From positions 928,001 to 992,000 of the forward strand of contig CAVRAG010000008.1 in the NCBI GenBank assembly GCA_963718895.1: 64,000 nucleotides of DNA. Direction: 5' to 3'. Source of the DNA: an uncultured Nitrososphaerota archaeon (GTDB lineage: Archaea; Thermoproteota; Nitrososphaeria; Nitrososphaerales; Gagatemarchaeaceae). Shown piece by piece: positions 28,628 through 38,539 of the stretch. The position numbers were made by a program, and so were the translations under genes. Numbering within the stretch: position 1 is the first letter of the stretch; each line of letters starts with the position of its first letter. The notes under the pieces were generated by a model. The model was not told where the DNA came from and searched no databases. It was given only the letters and a program-made list of their open reading frames with translations.

Positions 28628-29383
28628 GTGCGTCGCGGAAAGGATCAGGACGAAACCGCAGTCAGGACCCAGCTAGTGGACGTCCTGGCAGACACCCAGA
28701 GCGAGCCCGCCGAGGTCGTGGTAGACGCAGGAGTGTCCGACCTCCAGGTCCTTTACCACAACGGGCAGACCTCCATCCCGGTATTCCTGACCATACAGAC
28801 CTCCACAGGGCTGCACCGGGGCGTCCACATGAGCAGGCTGGTCCACGCGGCCTCCGCCAAGGACGGGTCGGGCATCGAGGGATGGCTGAAGTCGATCTGC
28901 CGGGAGGTCAACAGGACCCAGCCGGGGTCGTGGGTCACGTGCAGGTTCGAGATCCCGTACTCCGACCAGTTCATCCCCGTCTCGATAAGGACGACCGAGA
29001 AGGGCGCCGTGAGATACCAGTTCACCGCAAAGGGTATGACTGCCTGCCCCTGCAGCAAGAGGATGATCGGCATAGGACACATGCAGAGGGCCGAGATAAC
29101 GATGGTCCTCGATAGGAAGGGCCCCCTCGACATGATGGAGACCATAGGGAAGATGGAGGAGTGCTTCTCCGCCATGCCGACCGAGAAGATGAAGAGGGTC
29201 GAGGAGGCGAAGAAGATCCTCGAGGCCCAGGAGAACGGGAGGTTCGCCGAGGACCTGGTGAGGGAGTGCGCGAAGAGGTTCCCCAACTCGCTCTTCATCC
29301 GCGCCAGGTGCTTCGAGTCGATACACGCCCACGACGCAGTCGCGACTTGGTCAAAGAAGGCGGGCTGGGCGCCCCTGCTCTAG
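28628..29383 (+). CDS. mptA: GTP cyclohydrolase FolE2/MptA family
   Basis: RGVHMSRL, MTACPCS, HMQR, FAEDLVRE, ESIHAHDA. Confidence 0.9.
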   Translation: MRRGKDQDETAVRTQLVDVLADTQSEPAEVVVDAGVSDLQVLYHNGQTSIPVFLTIQTSTGLHRGVHMSRLVHAASAKDGSGIEGWLKSICREVNRTQPGSWVTCRFEIPYSDQFIPVSIRTTEKGAVRYQFTAKGMTACPCSKRMIGIGHMQRAEITMVLDRKGPLDMMETIGKMEECFSAMPTEKMKRVEEAKKILEAQENGRFAEDLVRECAKRFPNSLFIRARCFESIHAHDAVATWSKKAGWAPLL

Positions 29384-29392
29384 GCGCGTCTG

Positions 29393-29816
29393 CTACTGCT
29401 GAATCTCTTGTTGCGGCGGGGCCGAGACGGGTTCGGCCGCGGGTTGCGGTGCCGGGGCGGCCGCCGGAGCTTGGGCCGGAGCGGGGGCGACCGCTGCGAC
29501 GGGCTTGGCCTCGGGCTTGGTCATGTATCCGTTGTTCTCCAGCCACTCGGCATGGTCCTTGATGTATCGCCAGATGATGTCGGCGCGCTTGTTGTCAAAG
29601 TCCCATGGCGAGACGAGTACGATGTCCCTCTCCCGGATCCACATCCTGCCGCTTCATCTTGCCTCGGATCCTGCAGAGCCTTGTCAGCCCGTCGACGCAG
29701 GCGACTATGACCTGGTTCCCTCCGGAGATCTTCACCACGCGGCCGAGGATCTCTCCCTGCTGGGGGAGGACCAGCTCTTTCAGGTGCGCTTCGTTCAGGA
29801 CCTTTCTCTTACCCAA
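29393..29816 (-). CDS. eif1a: Translation initiation factor aIF-1A (frameshift ~29645) with Ala/Pro-rich tail
   Basis: GKRKVLNE...RLCRIRGKMKR / WIRERDIVLVSPWDF...ADIIWRY. Confidence 0.9.
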
Positions 29817-29974
29817 CTCAATCTCCTCACTTGGGAGTAGCATGCGCCGCACAGGCTCTTGAATGTTCTGGAATCCTCATTGAAGATGATGCTCGAGTGC
29901 GACCTGCAGACCCAGCGCTGACAGTCGCCGCACTGGACCTTGGCCACGGAGTTGCAGTTGTAGCACTTCACCAT
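29795..29974 (-). CDS. 59-aa Cys/His zinc-finger microprotein (below ORF-track cutoff)
   Basis: MVKCYNCNSVAKVQCGDCQRWVCRSHSSIIFNEDSRTFKSLCGACYSQVRRLSWVRERS*; overlaps both neighbours. Confidence 0.75.
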   Translation of the reverse strand: MVKCYNCNSVAKVQCGDCQRWVCRSHSSIIFNEDSRTFKSLCGACYSQVRRLSWVRERS

Positions 29975-31258
29975 CGAGAACCCCTCCAGCTCCCTCCTCT
30001 GCTGTCGTTGTTGCTGTTGTTGTAGCCGCCGCCTCTTCCGCGGCCCCTGTAGCCCGAGCTGTATCCCCGCCTACCTCCGCCGCCGTGCCTCTGGTTCTGC
30101 AGCTCGGTTATCGTGCCCCTCGTGTTGATGTAGAAGTTGTGCTCCGCGTCCTCCGGCCGCATTGGCTTGATCACGGCCTTGGTCAGGCCCATGATGCGTG
30201 CGAAGTCCGTGTCCTCCTCGTAGGAGACGAGTGTGAAGGCCTTGCCGGAGTCTCCCGCTCTCGCGGTCCTCCCGACCCTGTGGAAGTAGAGCACCGGGTC
30301 CTCGGGGACGTCATAGTTGATGACGCAGTCCACCTGGGAGATGTCGATCCCCCTGGACGCGACGTCTGTGGCCACGAGCACGTCTGCGTGGCCCGACCTG
30401 AAGACGCCCATCGAGTGGTCTCTCTGGTGCTGGCTCAGGTCGCCGTGTAGCGGGACCGCGTTGATGTAGTTCCTCTGTAGCTCCCTGGCGAGCTTGTGCG
30501 CTCCGTACTTCGTCCTGCAGAATATTATGGCGCTGTCGGGCTTCTCCCTCTGAAGGAGGTCGAGGAGAACGTTCTGCTTGTCCTTCTGCTCTACCATGGC
30601 GTAGAACTGCTCCAGCGTGTCCACGGTCGGCTCGTCAGCGGAGACCAGTATCTTCTCAGCGTCGTGCATGTACTTGTTGGCGATGTCCATGATCCTCCTC
30701 GGCATCGTCGCCGAGAAGAGGCCCATCTGCCTCGGCTCCGGGATGGAGTCCAGTATGAACTCGATGTCCTCGATGAAGCCCATGTCGAGCATCGTGTCCG
30801 CCTCGTCGAGGATGACGTACTTGACCCTGCTGAGGTCGAGGCTGCCACGCTTGATGTGGTCCATTATCCTGCCCGGGGTGCCGACCACGACCTGTACGCC
30901 GCGGTCCAGGGCCTCGAACTGGACGTTTATCGACTGACCACCATAGATCGTCACGAGCTTTATGCGGGTGAATGCGGCGAGCCTCTTCAGCTCGGCGGTT
31001 ATCTGGACAGCCAGCTCCCTCGTCGGGGCCAGCACCAGCGCCTGCACGTCCCAGCTGTCTGGGTTCACCCTCTGCAGCAGCGGCAGTCCGAACGCCGCCG
31101 TCTTTCCGCTTCCTGTCTTCGCCTGTCCTATCACGTTACGGCCTGATAAAAGGGGGCCTATCGCGAGTTCCTGGATCGGGAACGGGTTCTCAAATCCAAG
31201 CTGATCTCACACCCTTCAATAACTGAGGGTGTAAGTCCATTTCTTCGAAAGTTTTCAT
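29968..31258 (-). CDS. DEAD-box RNA helicase (frameshift ~31203)
   Basis: Q-motif FENPFPIQ, AKTGSGKT, PTRELA, DEAD, SAT, HRVGRTAR; Gly/Arg-rich tail; true start MKTFEEM at 31258. Confidence 0.93.
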
Positions 31259-31453
31259 TTTCTTTTGTTTTCCACGGCAATTCGACGTCAGAGAATCAGA
31301 GCGTAATCGTCCTGAATCAACAAGACTGCGACTTGCAGTAGTCCAATTCCCCGACTCGTCCTATTTAAGCATATCACTGCCGACCCGAGTCGACGACGGT
31401 ATCCAATCGCGCAAGCGAGATATACCGAAGACGACGATAATCCGGCGATACAG

Positions 31454-31936
31454 ATGGCCCAAGGTGACGAACCCGCGGACGGGATTGCGTCCAGGCTGCT
31501 TCTGGACATCAAAGCGCTGACCCTCCTATATCCTTCGGACCAGGGACTGAGGGGAGCGCTCGAGAAGTCCTTCGTGGACTACAGCGACGACGACGTTCGG
31601 CGGCTGGCGGACATCATACGGCCCGGCCGCCCGGAGAGCAGGGTGGGAGGCGTCCTGGTGGCGGCGGGCGAGATCCTGTTCGCCTCGTTCTTGGCCATCT
31701 TGGGGATCGGCGCGTTCGTACCCAGCATGATCGGCGTCGAGTCCCCTCAACAGTTCTTCAACTACTTCTCCGGTAGGCTCTCTCCGTCGTTCGGGACGGG
31801 CGCGCTCGCCGTAGCGGCACCGGTCATAGACCTCGGGTTCGCAATCGTCTTGATAATAGCCGCGCTCTACCTCCTCCGCCGCGCCGCCGCAGAGCTGAAG
31901 GGGGCCGGGCTCGTCATGGAAACGAGCGGGAAGTAG
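31454..31936 (+). CDS. Two-TM membrane protein
   Basis: Open frame with two hydrophobic helices, upstream of permease. Confidence 0.6.
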   Translation: MAQGDEPADGIASRLLLDIKALTLLYPSDQGLRGALEKSFVDYSDDDVRRLADIIRPGRPESRVGGVLVAAGEILFASFLAILGIGAFVPSMIGVESPQQFFNYFSGRLSPSFGTGALAVAAPVIDLGFAIVLIIAALYLLRRAAAELKGAGLVMETSGK

Positions 31937-31939
31937 CTT

Positions 31940-33769
31940 TTGCGCAGGTTCCATGCGGCCGCGGTCGTCGTGAAGGTGGCTGCGCTCCTCGTCGGGCTGG
32001 CAGCGATGGTCTTCGGCGCAGGATATCTGTATGACAGGGTCTCCGTCATGATACACCAAGGAGTGGCGACCGTAGCCGACATCTTCTTGGTGATCGCGGC
32101 CCTTAGCCTGCTCTTCTCGGGCGGGGCCCTGACCGCCTCTCTCCCTCAGTCGCTGAGGGTCAGGTTCAGGAGGCCGCAGAAGAAAGAGACTACGAAGCAG
32201 GTCTACGGCTTCGGCACGGTGGTCGCTGTGGGGGTGGGCGCGACGCTCGGGTCACCGCTCTTCATCCTGATACCGCAGAACGTCGTTCAGTACCTCTTCG
32301 TCTCGATCGGATCGCTCTGCCTCGCGACGATCCTCTCCGTCCTGATGGCGAAGGTCTATGGCGATATGTACGTGGAGATGGGAAAGCGAGGCCTTGAGGC
32401 GGTGGGCGGGCCTTCCTTCACAAAGATCGCCGTCGGGACCCGCAGCGTAAGGTACTTCCTCTCGAGGATATCGATGTGGATAGCCAACACAGCCCTAGCG
32501 GCGTACTCCCAGATTGTCTTCGTGATCTTCGACTTCTCGTACTTGCCGGGCATACTCGGCTCTCTGGGGGTGAGTGCTCCGATAGCCACTCTGTTGGTCT
32601 GGGCCATCGCCGGAGCCCTGGTGACCTGGACCGGGCTCAACCTTGTCTTCGAGAGGAACCTCCTCAGGGCGACCGGGGTCATCCAGGTGCTCCTCGCATC
32701 CGTCCTGGTCATCATCCTTCTCGCTCACAGTTACCTGCTCGGCTCGACCGGGTCCTGGAACCTGACCGGGATAATGGATCTGCCCGCGGCAGGGAACTGG
32801 CCTCTCGCGCTGGTGACAAACACGGCCTACCTCTACCTCCTCTTCTTCGGTTTCCAGGAAATCCAGTCCCTCGAGAGGGATGCGATCTCCTCGTCGCCGA
32901 TCCCGGTGATATCTTGGATCAAGCGCGGGTACCGGCTCGACAAGACCAAGTACCTCGGGGCGGCGATGATCCTGACGGTCCTGATCGCCTCGGCGGTCAA
33001 CATATTCTATGCGCTCGCGGTCTTCTCATCGCACCCCGATCCGGCCGCTGTCAAAGCATCCCAGATCCCCGCGTTGTACCTCGCCGAACGCTTCCTGGGG
33101 CCGACCCAGGAACTCCTGATCGCGATCGCGTTCCTCATAGCGACCCTGACGACGTTCGTGCCTGCCTTCCTGGCCGCGACGCGCCACTTCTCCGCGCTCA
33201 GCGAAGACGGATACATACCAGGATCCCTCAAGAACGCGTCCTGGATATTCACCCTCGCGGCGATTCTCTTCCTGGCGGTGGGGAACCAGTCGTTCTTGGT
33301 CGAAATCACAGACTTTATGGTCCTGATCTCCCTCGGGATCATAGTGCTCTCGTCCGCGTGGTTCAAGAAGGCGAAGACCGGGTCGTTCGGCGGCTCCCGC
33401 CTGCCGATCTTCGTCAGCGCCAGTTGCTTCGTCGCGGGCGCGGCCGTCTATCTCATAGATTCGTCGGTGGTCGTGTTCGGTGCGCTGGCCATCCTCTTCT
33501 CGTACTTCATCTTCGATGTCCTTGAACTCGGCACCTTCGGGGTGCAGTTGTTCCTATCCATCTTCAGCCTCTCCTGCCTTCCCCTACTCGCCCTCTTCAG
33601 CCTGGATTCGCTGCCCGCGGGCGCCTTCCTCGGCGCCCTATCCATCAGTGGGTACCAAGCGGATACGATCCTCTACGCGCTGCTGGTGATCGCGCCGATA
33701 GCCATCTTCGCGAATCTGTACGTGGATTCAAGGATCTTCCTGCCGGCTCAGAGGCGCCGGCCCGGTTGA
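31940..33769 (+). CDS. APC-superfamily amino-acid permease
   Basis: GVGATLGSPLF TM1 motif, FFGFQEI, >12 TM segments. Confidence 0.8.
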   Translation: MRRFHAAAVVVKVAALLVGLAAMVFGAGYLYDRVSVMIHQGVATVADIFLVIAALSLLFSGGALTASLPQSLRVRFRRPQKKETTKQVYGFGTVVAVGVGATLGSPLFILIPQNVVQYLFVSIGSLCLATILSVLMAKVYGDMYVEMGKRGLEAVGGPSFTKIAVGTRSVRYFLSRISMWIANTALAAYSQIVFVIFDFSYLPGILGSLGVSAPIATLLVWAIAGALVTWTGLNLVFERNLLRATGVIQVLLASVLVIILLAHSYLLGSTGSWNLTGIMDLPAAGNWPLALVTNTAYLYLLFFGFQEIQSLERDAISSSPIPVISWIKRGYRLDKTKYLGAAMILTVLIASAVNIFYALAVFSSHPDPAAVKASQIPALYLAERFLGPTQELLIAIAFLIATLTTFVPAFLAATRHFSALSEDGYIPGSLKNASWIFTLAAILFLAVGNQSFLVEITDFMVLISLGIIVLSSAWFKKAKTGSFGGSRLPIFVSASCFVAGAAVYLIDSSVVVFGALAILFSYFIFDVLELGTFGVQLFLSIFSLSCLPLLALFSLDSLPAGAFLGALSISGYQADTILYALLVIAPIAIFANLYVDSRIFLPAQRRRPG

Positions 33770-33805
33770 CAGGACCCCGGTCCCGCGGTCGTTGCGCTCC
33801 CTGGC

Positions 33806-34906
33806 CTAGGGGCTGAGGGGCTTGGAGGCCCGTGTACCAAGCCCCAGCTGGGATGAGAAGGCCTCGCCCTTCTGGCCCAGGAGCATCAGCCGGTCCGTGG
33901 TCATCCGAGGGTCGAGCTCGCGCATCGCCTGAAGCATGTCCTTGGACTGGACGAAGACCCCGACCACCGCCTGCATGAAGTCGAAGCACGCGAGGGTCTC
34001 GAGGATGTCCTCTCCAGCCGACTCGAGCCTGACGAGCCTGAGCTTGTCCCGGTCGAGCTGAATGATCGCATCCAGGAGACGGCCCATCGTCTGCTTCAGC
34101 GTGCTCAGGTCCAGGTACCTGTTCAGCGAGGGCTCTCCGGTGACGTCAATCTTCCCCGTCTTCTCGGAGTACTCCACCGTCACGAAGGAGTCCTTGTTGG
34201 AGCGTGAGAAGACCACGGTCGCGCTCGCGGAGGTCTCATGGTTGGTGAAGACCGCGGAGAGGTGGTTCCCGGAGGCGCGTGCCTCGGACAGAACGTAGTT
34301 GTCGAGCTTCTCGTAGTCCGGGACAGGCTCCTTCTTCAGCCAGCCCTTGCCGGTCCGTACGGGAATCCTCGTGCCTTTCCAGATCGTCGCCACGGCAAGC
34401 TCGCTCTTGAAGAGCTTCGAGTTGGCCGTGTTCAGGAGGAACTGGTACTCGATGTCCCCCGGCGACTTGTAATTTGCGTAGGTGGCGTACGACCCCTCCG
34501 AGAGGTTGAGGCCTATCTCCTCGTCCAGAATCGGAAGGGGCGTCACCGCGAGGAACGACTCAAGGCTCTTGACCGCCTTCACCTTCAGCGAGTTGACCTC
34601 CGCCGAGAACTCCTCAATCGTCTTCTTCAACCTCTCGTTGACCCTGGCCCTGCTCTGCTGGACAGCGGCCGAGACGAAGTCGTTCACGGTCTTCGCCAGC
34701 GGCTCGATGTACTCCGAGTCGAGCTTGCTCGCGTGGAAGAGCGCCGATATCCCCGTCTGGAGCTCCTCGATAGCGTCCAGCTGTCTCTCCATGTCCCTCT
34801 TGGCCCCGTTCTGCTTCTCGATCGACTCGACCAAGCTCTGCGAGTATCTGACCGCGTCGATCAGCTCCGTGAAGAAGGCGGTAGCCCCCGTATCTGCGTC
34901 GGACAC
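33806..34906 (-). CDS. Hypothetical protein with N-terminal coiled coil
   Basis: 366-aa ORF with typical codon bias; no recognised motif. Confidence 0.7.
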   Translation of the reverse strand: MSDADTGATAFFTELIDAVRYSQSLVESIEKQNGAKRDMERQLDAIEELQTGISALFHASKLDSEYIEPLAKTVNDFVSAAVQQSRARVNERLKKTIEEFSAEVNSLKVKAVKSLESFLAVTPLPILDEEIGLNLSEGSYATYANYKSPGDIEYQFLLNTANSKLFKSELAVATIWKGTRIPVRTGKGWLKKEPVPDYEKLDNYVLSEARASGNHLSAVFTNHETSASATVVFSRSNKDSFVTVEYSEKTGKIDVTGEPSLNRYLDLSTLKQTMGRLLDAIIQLDRDKLRLVRLESAGEDILETLACFDFMQAVVGVFVQSKDMLQAMRELDPRMTTDRLMLLGQKGEAFSSQLGLGTRASKPLSP

Positions 34907-35118
34907 GCTCGTCGCGGACGTGGGAGAGGCGAATTAGATAAGGTAGGCGTTTTCGGCGAAGCTCGCCCTGCGGCCGTTCCCCCGTGGCGAACGCCCGGGT
35001 GTGGCGCCTCGAGCGGCAGCGCACCCGGCATCTGCGCCGGATGCCGATCCGGGTGGCGATGGTGAAGGGGTCGGTGGGCACCCGGGCTGAGCAGGAGGGC
35101 GCAGGTGAGCGCGAGGCT

Positions 35119-36639
35119 TCAGCCCCAACCCACCAGCGCACGGAAGAACCCCGAGATCACGTCGCGCACGGAGATCAGGAGTGCGTGCCTTGTCTCGACT
35201 CCCCCGGCGGCGATCACCGACAGTCGCTTGACCCTGAAGTAGATGGGCGGGTGGGGGTCGAACCTCAGCCAGTCGATGAACCGCGCCCGCGAGGAGTACT
35301 TCTCGTAGTAGAGCTGTCTGAAGCCTATCTGGGTGAGCGCTGCCGCCAGCGCGCCGGGCTTCCCCAAGACAGCCACGGACGCCGTGTCGGCCCGGGTCTC
35401 GAGGAACTTCCCGACCATGTAGATGACCGCGAACGCCAGGAGGAAGTAGAAGAGTTGCAGATCCAGCAGAAGAGGGAGCCAGAGGTACAGGCCGCCTAGG
35501 TACATCACGCTCATCACCGCATAGAGTATTATCGGGTCTCGCCCCCTTATGTGGCCGAGCTCGTGACCGATCACCGACTCCAGCTCCTCGTCGTTGAGGT
35601 CCTCCAGGGCGCCGGCCGTGATCGTCATCGAGGACATTCGGGGCGATATCCCGGTCGCCGCCGCGTTGTTGACCGGCGTGTTCACGATCGCGATCTTGGG
35701 CATCGGAAGGCGGAACCGTTCGGCCGCGTTCTTGACGAGGGCGTAGGGGTTCCTCGTCTTGATCTCTATGTCGTCAAGGCTGCAGTTCACTCCCGCCTGG
35801 ACGAGGATGCCGTGGATCGCGACCTTTGTCTCGGGATCACCCACGTTCCCCGCGGAGACGGTCTTTCCGAGCTGTTCCCTAATCTGGCGCATGACCTGTC
35901 TTCCCATTCTTGACAGCGAGCCGATCGCCTCGGGAGTGGACATCACTGTGACCACGGTGACGTCCGGCTGGTCCTTGGTGGGACGGACAGACCCGGCTCC
36001 CAGCACCAGCCGGTCGGAGAAGGCGAGGGCGACGGCCTGGACGACCAGAAGAGCGACCAGGGCGTTGTTGCCCAGGAGGAAGATGAAGAGGAAGCTGACG
36101 GCGACCAGGACGAGGTAGAGGTTCACGGTGTTCCCGGCGAAGACTCTCTTGATCACCTCCCGACGGAAGCTCGAGCTCGTCTGGTTCGGCGCCTCCATCC
36201 TCTCCTCCCTGCCAAGGGAGAAGACGAAGTGAAGGCTCGTCCGCTTTGCGTTTGTCAGGAACGCCGCAATCACCGCCCGGATGTCGTCGGTGACGTGGGC
36301 GCGGATGCTATCGATTCTCGGGGCTCCCTTGTCGTAGTCGCTGTAGTCGACGCTCGCCCCTTCCTGCGATATGGAGAGCTTGACCGACATCGTTGGCGGA
36401 AAGGCGATCACCGGCTCGCTGATCTTGGTCAAGTCCAGACTCCAGAGGAACTCGAGGAGACCGCCGTCCTCCGATTGGGACTTCTGGTAGGAGCGCGGCC
36501 GGAAGAAGCGGAGGTTTGGGGTGAGATAATACGTCTCCACGAACGCGCCAAGCCCCTTCAACGCGGGGGCGGGGATGTTCTCGCCGATCTCGATCCTCTC
36601 GTTCACCACGGCCCCGTAACCCGCGCCTTCAGAGGTCAA
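35119..36639 (-). CDS. M48/HtpX-like membrane zinc protease with long N-terminal extension
   Basis: NAAATG, HELGH, ETRAD, HPP. Confidence 0.85.
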   Translation of the reverse strand: MTSEGAGYGAVVNERIEIGENIPAPALKGLGAFVETYYLTPNLRFFRPRSYQKSQSEDGGLLEFLWSLDLTKISEPVIAFPPTMSVKLSISQEGASVDYSDYDKGAPRIDSIRAHVTDDIRAVIAAFLTNAKRTSLHFVFSLGREERMEAPNQTSSSFRREVIKRVFAGNTVNLYLVLVAVSFLFIFLLGNNALVALLVVQAVALAFSDRLVLGAGSVRPTKDQPDVTVVTVMSTPEAIGSLSRMGRQVMRQIREQLGKTVSAGNVGDPETKVAIHGILVQAGVNCSLDDIEIKTRNPYALVKNAAERFRLPMPKIAIVNTPVNNAAATGISPRMSSMTITAGALEDLNDEELESVIGHELGHIRGRDPIILYAVMSVMYLGGLYLWLPLLLDLQLFYFLLAFAVIYMVGKFLETRADTASVAVLGKPGALAAALTQIGFRQLYYEKYSSRARFIDWLRFDPHPPIYFRVKRLSVIAAGGVETRHALLISVRDVISGFFRALVGWG

Positions 36640-36725
36640 TCAAAACACCCTGCTTCGTGAGATTGTGAGTTTCACGGGTCCTTATTTGCGTTCGCGGGGC
36701 CCGAGGTAGGTCTCGGACGGAGTGG

Positions 36726-37583
36726 TCAGGGGATGGCCGAGAGGAACTTGGTGACTCGCTCGTTGAACTCGGACGCGTTCTCGATGTGGGGGAAGTGCCG
36801 CGACCCGGAGATCACCGCGAACCAAGCCTGCGGGATCGATGTGGCGGCGAGCTTGCCGATGCGCCTCAGCCAGAGGGCGCTCTGTTCGCCGTTCACGACC
36901 AGTGTCTTGCATGCGATCTTGCGAATCTGAGTCTTGAACGGGGGGAACTTCGTCCTGAGTTCGCCTATGGTCCTGGCGTTGTCGAGCATCATCAGCCTCT
37001 GCGCCTCAGGCAAGGCGGCGAACGCCCCTGGCGAGCCCTGTACACCGTCCACGTTCAGCTCCACGGCCTTCTCCGTCTCCCCGGCATCGAGGGCCTTGAG
37101 GGAGGGATAGAGAGACTTCAGTTGGAAGTCCCTCGCCGAGAGTGCCACCGAAGGGCTGCGAAGGAGGAGCGAGAACATCTGACCCCGGCTGCGTTCGTCC
37201 TCGACGAGCAGGGTGGAGATCGCCGGCTCCACGAGGACGAGCGAGCGAACGAGCTCGGGATGGTCCGCAGCCAGCTGGGCGGCGATGAACCCGCCGTACG
37301 AATGACCGATGAGGTCGACGGGGCCTGCACCAAGCTTCTCTATCAGGCCCTTCAGGTCCCCGGCGTTGTTCCCAACAGTGCTGTCCAGGACGTCGCCCTC
37401 CCTCTTGTTTGGATGGGCGTACCGCCTGCTGTACGAGACCACCCGGCGGTCCTTGGAGAACGACCCAATCTGCGAGTTCCAGGCGCGGTAGTCCGTTGGG
37501 ATTCCATGGGAGAAGACGACTGCTGGACCCGTGCCAGATTCCTCGTAGTAGAGAGTCACTCCGTTGACGTCGACGCTGGGCAT
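36726..37583 (-). CDS. Alpha/beta hydrolase
   Basis: HG oxyanion motif, GHSYGG nucleophile elbow, C-terminal His (RHFPH). Confidence 0.9.
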   Translation of the reverse strand: MPSVDVNGVTLYYEESGTGPAVVFSHGIPTDYRAWNSQIGSFSKDRRVVSYSRRYAHPNKREGDVLDSTVGNNAGDLKGLIEKLGAGPVDLIGHSYGGFIAAQLAADHPELVRSLVLVEPAISTLLVEDERSRGQMFSLLLRSPSVALSARDFQLKSLYPSLKALDAGETEKAVELNVDGVQGSPGAFAALPEAQRLMMLDNARTIGELRTKFPPFKTQIRKIACKTLVVNGEQSALWLRRIGKLAATSIPQAWFAVISGSRHFPHIENASEFNERVTKFLSAIP

Positions 37584-37687
37584 CGGTTCTTACCGCAGTT
37601 TCGCGTGCTATAAGCAGTTCGAGGGATCCGGGACACGGCGAAACGAAGAGAGGCGGGTTCGGTTCCTTGAAGGCTAGGCCGGTCGAC

Positions 37688-38365
37688 CTAGCCGACCGTT
37701 ATCGCCCCGGTCATCCAGCCCGCCGTCGTCATCGCCCCGGCCGTCCCGTCCGCGCCAGACCCGCACGCCGACTCGCACAGCCAGGTGAAGGACCCCGCCG
37801 CGCCCGTTGTGAAGTAGGCCACTATGGTCGACTCCGATGCCATGGGTAGGTTCAGCCCGAGCGAGGGCACGGTAAAGGTGTGGGAGATCTCGTTGAGGGG
37901 TAACGTCGACACCTTCTGAGATCCCCTGAGAACTATGCCGTTCGGACCCTCTGTGGAGTTGATGGCGGTGCTGTTGTAGACAAGCTCCGACCCGTCGGAT
38001 GTCCCCGTGACATTCGTGTACTGCGGAGCCGCGAGGCTGGCGTTACCCTCATCGAAGTTTGTGATGACAAGTTCGATCAGGCGGTGCGCAGGAAGGGAGA
38101 TGTTCGCGGACGACTCCAGGCCGCTGGGTCCCAAGACGTAGTAGGCCGGCTGCGAGCCCACCGTGGAGTTGAAGTCGTTCTCCGTGGTTATTATGAGCGT
38201 TAGGACGTAGGGTTCCGTCGAGTTCCCCCCGGTTGTTGTGGTTATCGTTGTGCCGGTCCCGCTGAATCCCCCGTTCTGGGACGCGACCAGCCCCAGACCC
38301 GCGCCTGCGAGAACGCTCGCTGCTATCAGCCCGACTATCATGAATGCGGAGACGCCCTGTCTCAT
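37688..38365 (-). CDS. Membrane-anchored cupredoxin-fold protein
   Basis: N-terminal TM; SHTFTVP and WLCESACG...GAM...WMTG. Confidence 0.7.
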   Translation of the reverse strand: MRQGVSAFMIVGLIAASVLAGAGLGLVASQNGGFSGTGTTITTTTGGNSTEPYVLTLIITTENDFNSTVGSQPAYYVLGPSGLESSANISLPAHRLIELVITNFDEGNASLAAPQYTNVTGTSDGSELVYNSTAINSTEGPNGIVLRGSQKVSTLPLNEISHTFTVPSLGLNLPMASESTIVAYFTTGAAGSFTWLCESACGSGADGTAGAMTTAGWMTGAITVG

Positions 38366-38422
38366 ACTGCTACCCTCCCCGCCCTTTCACTTAAGATGTT
38401 CCACGGGTCGGTATCACGACAT

Positions 38423-38449
38423 CCGCCGCGGCCGCCGCGGCCGCCGCGG
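38423..38449. repeat. (CCGCCGCGG)x3 tandem repeat
   Basis: Directly visible intergenic 9-mer triplication. Confidence 0.8.
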
Positions 38450-38539
38450 CGAACTGGGGGAATCACCTAGGCATCACCGGTCGCACAATTCATTTACCGA
38501 CCGAGTAGCCCTTCGTCCTCGATGGATTCGTCCCGCCGG

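Noticed and set aside
28400-29660. Programmed ribosomal frameshifting in queC or aIF-1A
   Set aside because: No consistent slippery sequence, and the window-wide indel rate explains the shifts
38423-38449. (CCGCCGCGG)x3 as a functional element
   Set aside because: Simple slippage-type microrepeat with no supporting context
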